This document shows positions 19,615 to 27,495 of a stretch of 64,000 nucleotides of DNA, piece after piece. Positions within the stretch are counted from its first letter, which is position 1, and each line of letters begins with the position of its first letter. The notes below the pieces were generated by a model. It searched no databases and was not told where the DNA came from. It saw only the letters and a program-made list of their open reading frames with translations. Both the position numbers and the translations under genes were made by a program. Origin of the DNA: Candidatus Binatia bacterium (GTDB lineage: Bacteria; Desulfobacterota; Binatia; HRBIN30); contig JBBRSP010000010.1 in NCBI GenBank assembly GCA_038245295.1, positions 128,001-192,000 of the forward strand. Direction: 5' to 3'.

Positions 19615-19703
19615 GCATGCAAGCTACGCGATGCCGACACCACCGCAATGACTGCGCCGCATGCATCCAAGGGCGCTGACGCGGGGACGTTGTTAGAACT
19701 TTC

Positions 19704-19805
19704 TCAACTCTCGCGGAGCTTGCGAAAGGTCTTACCGCGTCCCGCCTCGGCGTCCCCTGTTCCGGCTGCGTACATGAAGATGTTGGAGTCGAGCATTACG
19801 ATCAA
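19704..19805 (-). pseudogene. truncated VapC/PIN toxin N-terminus
   Basis: (M)IVMLDSNIFMYAAG PIN start overlapping the antitoxin stop (TTGA); similarity lost after ~19763. Confidence 0.65.
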
Positions 19806-19990
19806 GGCAGCAGCCGCGCCAGATCGGGTGTCGCCTGCCGGTTCATCGCGTCGACCGTCTCTACCGGCAAACTGAGTTCCCGCAGCGCGCGCGCCGCAAC
19901 GATGCGTCTGCCTTCCCGGCTCTTCGCCGCGGTCGTAGCGCGGCTGGAATCGCCGCTCGCGACGTCGTCTTCGTGGCGGACCTCCGAAAG
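19802..19990 (-). pseudogene. probable antitoxin (VapB-like) remnant; 5' end uncertain
   Basis: C-terminus ...AARALRELSLPVETVDAMNRQ... directly upstream of and overlapping the PIN fragment. Confidence 0.4.
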
Positions 19991-20019
19991 ATCGGTGTGG
20001 GCCCCCGGCACAGTGGACC

Positions 20020-20288
20020 CGCTCAAACCTCGAGGTTTTGGCGATCTGCCGTTTACAAATCGCTCGATCATCGATGATTGGCCGATCTGCGGTTTGCAAC
20101 CCGCTCAAGCCTCGAGGTTTTGGCGATCTGCCGTTTGCAACTCGCTCGATCATCGATGATTGGCCGATCTGCAATTTGCAAATCGCTCAAACCTCGAGGT
20201 TTTGGCGGTCTGCCGTTTGCAAACCGCTCGATCATCGATGATTGGCCGATTTGCAGTTTGCAAACGGCTCAAACCTCGATGTTTGGCG
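20020..20288. repeat. tandem array of 41-bp units alternating A/B (82-bp higher-order repeat), about 6.5 units
   Basis: Units start at 20020, 20061, 20102, 20143, 20184, 20225, 20266; A core AAACCTCGAGGTTT, B core ATCATCGATGAT. Confidence 0.95.
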
Positions 20289-20359
20289 CCCTGCGGACTC
20301 GCAGGCTGGCGTGATCGGCAGGCACGGCGCTTCCTTCGAACTGCGGCCGCGGGCGGCTT

Positions 20360-20425
20360 TCGAAAAAATTTGGGGTTCTGAAAATAGTTGGGAACGATTT
20401 ACCCCTCTGCCTGCATTAAGGGGGT
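20360..20425 (+). promoter_or_regulatory. possible ECF-sigma-type promoter
   Basis: AT-rich tract, then GGAAC (20391) and GCATTA about 17 nt downstream, upstream of the gene at 20604. Confidence 0.25.
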
Positions 20426-20603
20426 AACTATGTCGCGAGTCGCCAAACGGAGCCACTGCAGTCAACCGCGCGGTGGCGACGGCGGCCTTGGCCAAGGCCG
20501 TGATGGCTCGTTCTCCCCGATCTGGATCCTCGGTGGACCGACGTAGGAGGGAAGTGACGTTGGCATCGACCCTTCAACCAGAAAGGAAAGAGGAGAGAAG
20601 ACA

Positions 20604-21314
20604 ATGGAACAACTCAACACCAAACGCGCGATGGTCGGCGATGCAATTCTCGCCAAGGCCCAGATGGTCGATACGAAGCCGATCCGGGCTCGACTGAGCA
20701 GCTTTGCCGAAACGCACCGGAGCTACTGCGCGGCGCAACGCAAGGTCGACGAGGCCGAGCGCCAACGGCTGGCGACCGACCAACGGCTCGAACAGCTCGA
20801 TACGGCCCAGATCAAGGCGATCGAGGCTCTGGCCGTGGCCCTGGTCAATGAAGGTGAGCCGCGCTCGAATCCGTTCGAACGCTTCACCACCTGCGCCCCC
20901 GGCCAGATGAAGAAGCTGCTGTACGTGGACGAAGTCAAAGCCGTGCGCGAGATCGTCGCCGCGGTCAACGACAACAAGTCGCTGCTGCCGGCGACCAAGG
21001 CCCTGGGAGACACCGCGGCGCGCGCCGCGGATGCTCTCGAAGCGGCACTGCCGGAGCTCGACGCCAGCGAGCGCAACCTCGAGACGGCCCGCCAGATGCG
21101 CGATCCGCTCGAGCGCGACTGGGACAGCAGCTACGCCGTGCTGCGCTCGATCACGCGCACCATCGGCAAGGCCGAAGCGCCGGGGCTCTTCGGGAAGCTG
21201 TTCGGCCACACCCTGCGCAACACCCATAAGGCCTCGGCGGACACCCAGCCGCCGCCCAACCCGGCGCCGTCGCCGGCGCCGACGACAACCGGCGTGACCG
21301 AGGCAATGTCATGA
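20604..21314 (+). CDS. hypothetical all-helical/coiled-coil protein with a Pro/Thr tail
   Basis: Strong RBS (GAGGAG), high GC3, heptad-like segments. Confidence 0.8.
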   Translation: MEQLNTKRAMVGDAILAKAQMVDTKPIRARLSSFAETHRSYCAAQRKVDEAERQRLATDQRLEQLDTAQIKAIEALAVALVNEGEPRSNPFERFTTCAPGQMKKLLYVDEVKAVREIVAAVNDNKSLLPATKALGDTAARAADALEAALPELDASERNLETARQMRDPLERDWDSSYAVLRSITRTIGKAEAPGLFGKLFGHTLRNTHKASADTQPPPNPAPSPAPTTTGVTEAMS

Positions 21315-21559
21315 AGAACCGAAAACAGAGCCTCCTGCGCCCGACGCCGATTGCGGCGAAGAGGCCTCGCCGGCCAAGCCGCACTTCACCGCGCGTCGCC
21401 ACCCTGGCCGGAAAGACGCTCAGCGATGAGCACGCGTCGAAGAAGGCCAAGACCCTAGCTGCATCGGCTTTGGCACAATCCGCCTTCGCCAAGCCTACGG
21501 CGGACAAGTCGGCACTCCGCAAACCGGTGCGACCCAACCGCAAGTCGCGTGCGGCGTAG
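21311..21559 (+). CDS. small basic hypothetical protein (doubtful)
   Basis: ATGA overlap with the previous gene; part of it is a REP-like sequence (GCCTTCGCCAAGCCTACGGCGGAC). Confidence 0.3.
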   Translation: MKNRKQSLLRPTPIAAKRPRRPSRTSPRVATLAGKTLSDEHASKKAKTLAASALAQSAFAKPTADKSALRKPVRPNRKSRAA

Positions 21560-21838
21560 TCCGAAAGCCTGGCTGTCCCCTCCGTGCAGCAACACCGACG
21601 GCACCCGTGCTGCATGGAGGGCGACACCCCTTCGCCAAGGCTTCGTGCCTCAAAAAAGAGAACCGAATGTTACACAACGTCGCCCCATATCCCGACCAAT
21701 CCACTCCAACAGGAGCGTCTCCCGCCTGCGCTGGAGCTGCGGCGGGCAAGCGAGCCGCCCGGTTATGCCGACCGGGCGGTTTCTCCACCTCCTGCGGCGC
21801 TTGGCTTCCGATTCCGAATCGCGGTAGGATCGCCGGTG

Positions 21839-22375
21839 ATGCCACCAGAAGGGGGGGACATCGACCTCGTTGCACGTGTGAACGGGGGCGACGTGGCGGC
21901 GTTCGATCTCATTGTCGGGCGCTACTACGAATGGGTGCGCCTGCAGGCGTACCGCCAACTCTACGATTCCGAAGAGGCGAACGACGTGGCGCAGGAGACG
22001 TTCCTCTATCTCTATCGTCGCTTCCCCGGCTTCGAGCTGACCTCGGCTCTGAAGACGCTGCTGTACTCCACACTCGAAGGTCTGTGCCAGCGTCGCCGCG
22101 AGCGCGGCAAACGCACCGTGGAATTCGACGAGGAGACGGGGTCGCAATCCGCAGCCCACGAGGCCCACGGCGACAGCCACGATGCGGAGACGCTCGTGGC
22201 ACAGCTCTCCGCCGAGCAGCGCAACCTGCTGAGGCTGCGCTACAGCGACGATCTCAGCGTGCCGCAACTGTCGGAGATGCTCAGCGTGCCCGAAGGCACC
22301 ATCAAGTCGCGCCTCGCACGCGCCACCGACACGCTGCGCGATCTCGCCGGCGTGCCGATGCGGAGGCGGGCGTGA
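21839..22375 (+). CDS. ECF (sigma-70 group 4) RNA polymerase sigma factor
   Basis: GDVAAFDLIV, ANDVAQETF (region 2), LSVPEGTIKSRLARA (region 4). Confidence 0.92.
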   Translation: MPPEGGDIDLVARVNGGDVAAFDLIVGRYYEWVRLQAYRQLYDSEEANDVAQETFLYLYRRFPGFELTSALKTLLYSTLEGLCQRRRERGKRTVEFDEETGSQSAAHEAHGDSHDAETLVAQLSAEQRNLLRLRYSDDLSVPQLSEMLSVPEGTIKSRLARATDTLRDLAGVPMRRRA

Positions 22376-22418
22376 GAATTTTCATGACTCCATGGGTGCA
22401 GCGCGGCAGAGGGCGGTG

Positions 22419-23177
22419 ATGGAAGAACGTCTGCATCCCGACTACGGCGAGATTGAGGCCTACCGCACGGGCGAGGCCGAGCCAGCCATGGCGGCGCATA
22501 TCTCTCAGTGCAGCGAGTGCCTCGCGGCGCTCGAGGAGCTGAAGGCCGTCGCCGAGCTGCTGCGCGACGAGCCACCGCTGCCGCCGCTCTCCGAACAACG
22601 CAAACAGCAGCTAGCCGCGATGGTGCGCGACGAAGGCGCCCGCGTGCGCCGCGAGCTTGGCTTGTGGGACATGACGGGTCACCCCGACAACGCCGACCTC
22701 TCCATGCACCTGCGCGGCGAGGCCGATGCGGCGGTGGCCCAACACGTCGAGCAGTGTGAGGAGTGCCAGATCGGGCTCGCGGAGATCGCGGAGATTGCGG
22801 CGCTTTTGAAAAAGGAATTGGCGCGGGCTGGGGGCAGCCCGTCTCCAATGCCGGAGCACGTCGACCAGAAGATTCGCTTCGAAGCGCGACGCCACGCCGC
22901 CCGCGTGCGCCGCGAGCTGCGCCTGGCGGCGATGCGGCGCTGGGCCATTGCCGCGGCGATCGTGCTCAGCGCCGGGGGGCTGCTGATTTGGCGGCAGATG
23001 GAGCGCGGCACACCAGCGGCGGCGCCCCGCGTCGATATCGTCGATGCCCTGATCGCCTCGTACGGCAGCGCCACGGCGCCGGTGGGCGCTAGCTATGACG
23101 TCAACGGCGATGGCCGTATCGATGACGACGATGTCGACGGCCTCGCCCGGCGCGCCGTGATAGTGGGGAACGTGTAA
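22419..23177 (+). CDS. zinc-finger anti-sigma factor with two HxxxCxxC domains, a TM helix and a dockerin/EF-hand-like C-terminus
   Basis: HISQCSEC and HVEQCEEC; TM WAIAAAIVLSAGGLLIW; DIVDAL...YDVNGDGRIDDDDV. Confidence 0.8.
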   Translation: MEERLHPDYGEIEAYRTGEAEPAMAAHISQCSECLAALEELKAVAELLRDEPPLPPLSEQRKQQLAAMVRDEGARVRRELGLWDMTGHPDNADLSMHLRGEADAAVAQHVEQCEECQIGLAEIAEIAALLKKELARAGGSPSPMPEHVDQKIRFEARRHAARVRRELRLAAMRRWAIAAAIVLSAGGLLIWRQMERGTPAAAPRVDIVDALIASYGSATAPVGASYDVNGDGRIDDDDVDGLARRAVIVGNV

Positions 23178-23656
23178 TGACGCCCGAACCCCGACGCCCG
23201 ACGCCCGCCCCCCGACCCGCGACCACGCTGTTGTTCGCGCTCCTGCTTGCGGCAGCCTTGCCGCTCAATGCCATTGCCGAGGCGACCGCGACGCCGGCGT
23301 CGCGCTTCGTCACCGTCGGCATCGTTGTCGATAGCGGCAAGGATGATCTGGCGGCGTATCAGGTGGAAGTCGTCACCACCGGCACGGCGCAGTTCGTCGG
23401 CGTCGCCGGCGGCGAGCATCCGGCGTACGCTGCGCCGCCGTACTTTGATCCGGCGGCGATCCGCAGCGGCAATCGCGTCATCGTCGCCGCTTTCAGCCGC
23501 GACACCAATCTGCCCACGGGGGCCACGAAAGTCGCCGAGCTGCAGGTGCGCGAGGTCGGCCCGGTCACCTACACGGCGCGCCTGATGGCCGCGGCGCGCC
23601 CCGATCTGTCGCGCTTCACGCCAACGGTCCGGCTCGTCGTCGGAGGACAGCAATGA
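23177..23656 (+). CDS. secreted beta-sandwich protein (possibly cohesin-like)
   Basis: Signal peptide; alternating beta-strand pattern (FVTVGIVVDS, LAAYQVEV, VAELQV); TAATG coupling. Confidence 0.7.
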   Translation: MTPEPRRPTPAPRPATTLLFALLLAAALPLNAIAEATATPASRFVTVGIVVDSGKDDLAAYQVEVVTTGTAQFVGVAGGEHPAYAAPPYFDPAAIRSGNRVIVAAFSRDTNLPTGATKVAELQVREVGPVTYTARLMAAARPDLSRFTPTVRLVVGGQQ

Positions 23657-25665
23657 GCGTATGGAGTTGTGAGCTTGATCGCATCCGCATCACCCACTGC
23701 CGGCCGACTGCCGTCTACCGACTACCGTCCACCGTGTCGCGTGCCGGAATCCCAACCCTACTTGCCATGGCCATGCTCGGGCTCGCCGCCTGTACTCCGT
23801 TCGAACGCCCGGGCAATCGCCTGCAGGTTGCGCCGCCGCCAACGGCCACGCCGGCGGCGCCGTTGGTGCCGGCGTTACGCACGGGCGCCGAGGAGGTGTG
23901 GATCGTCGCGCGCACCGCGCCCGCAGCGCCGCCGACCGGCGCGGCGCCGCAGGTGCCCGCCCTGCCCTACCTGCAGGTTCGCGATGACGGCGCCGTCTTG
24001 CCGCTGCAGCACACCACCGTGCACGCCGCGGTGGCCGGGCACGTCGCCAGCGTCGATCTGCGCCAGCGCTTCCATAATGCCGGCGCGCCAGCGGTCGAAG
24101 CGGAGTACGTCTTCGCCCTGCCGCTCGACGCCGCGGTCGACGATTTCGTCATCACCATCGGCACGCGCACCATTCGCGGCTACATTCGCGAGCGCTCCGA
24201 GGCCGAGGTGATCTACGCCGACGCCAGGAAGCAAGGCCGGCGGGCCTTCCTGCTCACTCAGGAGCGGCCGGGCGTATTCCGGCAGGCGGTGGCCAACATC
24301 GCTGCGGGGCAGACGGTGGATGTCAGCCTGACCTACTTCCACACGCTGTCCTATCGTGATGGCGAGCTCGAGTGGCTGTTCCCGATGCGCGACGCGGCGG
24401 CGGCAAGCTCCATCGAGCTGAGCGCCGACATCGATGCCGGCGCGCCGATCGCCACGGTCCACAGCCCATCGCACCAGATCGTCGTCGAGCGCCCGAACCC
24501 CGAACGCGCTCGCGTGCAGTTGGCGCCACAAGAAGGTCGCAGCGCCGCCGACTTCGTGCTGCGCTTCGGCACCGCGGGCGACGATGTGAGATTCGGCCTG
24601 CTGACGCATCGCGATGCGCGTGGCGGGTTCTTCTCGTTGCTCTTGCAGCCGCCGGCCGACATCAGCCGCGTGCCGCGCCAAGCGCTCGAGCTGATCGCCA
24701 TTGCCGACTGCTCGGCCAGGATGGCGGGGGCGCCGATGGCCGGCGTGCGCGCGGCGATCAAGCAGGCTCTGCGCCAGCTCGACGACGGCGATCGTTTCAA
24801 CCTGCACTGCTCGACGGAGAGCTGGCCGTTTGCCGATCAGGCGCGGCCGGCCGATGCGGCGGGGCGCGCTGCCGCCATTGCCTGGATCGAGAGCCAGAAC
24901 GGCAACGGCAGCAGCCCTCTGCGCGAGGCTCTACGCGCCGCTCTCGCGGCACCGCCCGATCCGTCGCGCCGGCGTGTGGTGATGCTGCTCGGCGACGGGC
25001 GCAGCGACGACGACGGCGCGCTGGCAGGCGTGGTGCGCGAGCAGCGCAGCGCGGCGCGTATCCTCAGCGTCGCGATCGGTGCGGTGGTCGATGTCCACGA
25101 GCTCGTCGAGGTGGCTCGGCTCGGGCGCGGCGCTGTGGCGCAAGGCTTCACCGGCGCGCAAACCTGGGCTGAGATCGACGCGTTCATCGGCGTATTCTTG
25201 GAGGGTGTTCGGCGCCCGGTGCTGAGCGATCTCGAGATCGACTCGGACGGGCTCGAGCTTGCCGACCTCCACCCGGCGCAGTTGCCCGACCTGTTGGCCG
25301 GACGGCCGCTGGTGGTGACTGGGCGCTTCCGCGGCAACGGCCCCGCCGTCGTTCGCATTCATGGAAACGCGGCTGGTGCGGCGACGGCGGCCGGCAACGC
25401 CGGCGCAGAGCGCCGCAGCTTGACGCTGAAACTGAGCCCGGCCGAGTTGGCGCAGACCCATCCGGCGCTCGCCACCCTGTGGGCGCGGGCCAGTATCGCC
25501 GCACTGGAATACCGCGGGCTCGACCAGGCGGAGACATCTGGCGGCGATGGCACGTCGGTCTCCGCCGTCGTCGAGCAGATCAGGAATTTGGGGCTCGACT
25601 ATCACATCGTCTCGACCGCCACGGCATTCATCGCGATCGACGCGCGGGCGCAGGCCGAGGAATGA
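23653..25665 (+). CDS. VIT + VWA domain (inter-alpha-trypsin-inhibitor-like) lipoprotein
   Basis: LPLQHTTVHAAVAG..QRFHN..EAEYVFALP (VIT); ADCSARM, LLGDG (VWA); lipobox-like LAAC; true start may lie downstream. Confidence 0.88.
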   Translation: MSVWSCELDRIRITHCRPTAVYRLPSTVSRAGIPTLLAMAMLGLAACTPFERPGNRLQVAPPPTATPAAPLVPALRTGAEEVWIVARTAPAAPPTGAAPQVPALPYLQVRDDGAVLPLQHTTVHAAVAGHVASVDLRQRFHNAGAPAVEAEYVFALPLDAAVDDFVITIGTRTIRGYIRERSEAEVIYADARKQGRRAFLLTQERPGVFRQAVANIAAGQTVDVSLTYFHTLSYRDGELEWLFPMRDAAAASSIELSADIDAGAPIATVHSPSHQIVVERPNPERARVQLAPQEGRSAADFVLRFGTAGDDVRFGLLTHRDARGGFFSLLLQPPADISRVPRQALELIAIADCSARMAGAPMAGVRAAIKQALRQLDDGDRFNLHCSTESWPFADQARPADAAGRAAAIAWIESQNGNGSSPLREALRAALAAPPDPSRRRVVMLLGDGRSDDDGALAGVVREQRSAARILSVAIGAVVDVHELVEVARLGRGAVAQGFTGAQTWAEIDAFIGVFLEGVRRPVLSDLEIDSDGLELADLHPAQLPDLLAGRPLVVTGRFRGNGPAVVRIHGNAAGAATAAGNAGAERRSLTLKLSPAELAQTHPALATLWARASIAALEYRGLDQAETSGGDGTSVSAVVEQIRNLGLDYHIVSTATAFIAIDARAQAEE

Positions 25666-26276
25666 TCGTGAGGTGGAAAAGACAAGCCCTGATCTTGCGC
25701 ACGTTGGCGTTCGCCGGGGCGCTGATTGCGGCGGCCGGTTGCTACACCGTCGACGCCGCCGGGCAACGCATTTTCTGGCGCGATGACGCCGGCGGATCGG
25801 CGCACCGGGGATACGTCGACTTTCACCTTGCCGCCGACTCTGAGCTGAGCGACGGGGTTGTGGTCAGTCGCCCCGGGTGGTGGGCGCTACAGGAGATGGG
25901 TTTGGGGATCGTGCCAGACAGCCTGCTGTTCCCGGCGGCGCAACGCGGCCAGCCGATCCACAGCCGCGTTGCCGTCGAGGCCGGCATTGCCGCCTTCGAG
26001 CTGCACCTGCAGCCGCGCCCCGGCATCACGGCGCCGCGGCGCACGATCGAGGTGCCGGTGGAGGAAGGGATGCTCACCGTCGTTGCGGTCCGAGCCGTGA
26101 CCAGCGGCGTGATCTACCCCCAGAACGCGCCGGTCAGCCTCAAGACCATCCGATCCGGCGGCGCCTGGCTGACCTACGACCTAGAGGTACAGATCTCACC
26201 GCCACTGCGTTTGTCTTTGGCAAATGATGCAACGCCTGAAGTCGGCGTTAAAGCTGATCGTACCAAGGGCGATTGA
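25662..26276 (+). CDS. hypothetical lipoprotein
   Basis: ATGA overlap with the VIT-VWA stop; basic N-region, hydrophobic stretch, AAGC lipobox. Confidence 0.65.
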   Translation: MIVRWKRQALILRTLAFAGALIAAAGCYTVDAAGQRIFWRDDAGGSAHRGYVDFHLAADSELSDGVVVSRPGWWALQEMGLGIVPDSLLFPAAQRGQPIHSRVAVEAGIAAFELHLQPRPGITAPRRTIEVPVEEGMLTVVAVRAVTSGVIYPQNAPVSLKTIRSGGAWLTYDLEVQISPPLRLSLANDATPEVGVKADRTKGD

Positions 26277-26390
26277 ACTCCTGAGCCTTTGCCGAAGCCC
26301 GAGCCTTCAGCCTCAGCCGTCAAAGGCTTCCGCCTCCGCCCGGCTACGGTGGACGAGGAGGCACGGGCGTAGGCTGAGGCTGAGGATGAA

Positions 26391-26464
26391 TGGTCGCACC
26401 TGGACTCGAACCAGGGACCTCCTGCATGTGAGGCAGGCGCTCTAACCGTCTGAGCTATGCGACC
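26391..26464 (-). tRNA. tRNA-Val(CAC), CCA not encoded
   Basis: Acceptor GGTCGCA/TGCGACC, D arm TAGCTCAGACGGTTAGAGC, anticodon arm CCTGC-CTCACAT-GCAGG, T arm CCTGG-TTCGAGT-CCAGG. Confidence 0.95.
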
Positions 26465-26634
26465 GCGAACCATTTGGCCAGGTGGCCATTTGGTCGGTTT
26501 GCCATCTGACTTTGTGGCCGCGGGGCCAGTTGGTCATTTGGCAGAGGGCGCGAGGTAACACACGGCTCAGGGGGCTTCAAGATTCATCCTTCGCCTACGC
26601 CATTGCCTGTGCCTTCGCCTGTTCCCATCGTCCG

Positions 26635-26690
26635 GCCCTCACCCCGACCCTCTCCCACCGGCGGCGTGCTCGCTCGGAGTGGGAGAGGGG
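26635..26690. repeat. REP-like palindrome (CCCTCACCCCGACCCTCTCCC...GGGAGAGGG family)
   Basis: Same motif recurs at 40528-40639 and 63516-63633. Confidence 0.75.
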
Positions 26691-26781
26691 CGCTTTGGGG
26701 GCGTCAGGAGAATTCTTGACGCACCGCGTTGACATAACGACGCAGCGCGTTATTATGGGTTCTGCAAGGAGGCAACACGCA

Positions 26782-27363
26782 ATGGCAACCAAGGCAAAGA
26801 AGAAGATGGTGAAGAAGGCTCCGATGGTCACGACGCGGGCCGAGAAGATCCGCAAGGATGTCGAGAAGCAGGTACGCGAGGGTTTGGACCGCGCGATCAA
26901 CTTGCTGCCGCCTGTGCCGCGTAAGGCGGTGAAGGACGCGACGGTCAACGTCGAGAAGTTCCGCAAGACGGCTGAGAAGCAAGTGCGCCAGGGGCTCGCC
27001 GAGGCGACGGCCAACGTCGGCAAGCTGCGCAAGACGGCCGAGAAGCAGGTGCGTCAGGGGATCGATCAGGCGATTGGCATGATCCCGCCGGCGCAGAAAA
27101 AGGCTTTCAAGACCGCCACCACCAACTTGGCGACCGCTCGCAAGGATTTCCGCAAGCGTGCCGAGAAGCTGGTCGCCGAAGTGCAAGATCGTACCGAGAC
27201 CATCGTTGGTGACGTTCAGGAACGTTTCGCCAAAGTGGTCGAGCCGGTCACGCGTCGCCTCGATGTTGCTAGCCGCGCCGATGTCGAGCGTTTGCGCACG
27301 CGTCTCGACCACATCGAGCGCCGCATCGAGTCGCAGCTGCGTTCGACCCGCTCGGCCGCTTAA
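26782..27363 (+). CDS. phasin/PhaF-like granule-associated protein with internal repeats
   Basis: RBS AAGGAGG; C-terminal LDVASRADVERLRTRLDHIE; three RKxxEKQVRxG repeats. Confidence 0.7.
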   Translation: MATKAKKKMVKKAPMVTTRAEKIRKDVEKQVREGLDRAINLLPPVPRKAVKDATVNVEKFRKTAEKQVRQGLAEATANVGKLRKTAEKQVRQGIDQAIGMIPPAQKKAFKTATTNLATARKDFRKRAEKLVAEVQDRTETIVGDVQERFAKVVEPVTRRLDVASRADVERLRTRLDHIERRIESQLRSTRSAA

Positions 27364-27495
27364 TCTCTACCTCGCGCCCCGCGGCATCGCCCTTCGACAC
27401 CATGCGAAGAAGGGGCGCGAGTCGACTTTCTACAAGGGGCAGGGGTATCACGGCCTGGAGGTCGGGCAACCGATCTCCAGCCCCGTGCCTTCTGG

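Noticed and set aside
20020..20288. CRISPR array
   Set aside because: Variable parts are only ~15 bp, palindromic and alternate between two sequences; no cas genes in the window
19704..20495. ORFs spanning the 41-bp array
   Set aside because: By-products of a non-triplet repeat; no RBS or coding signal
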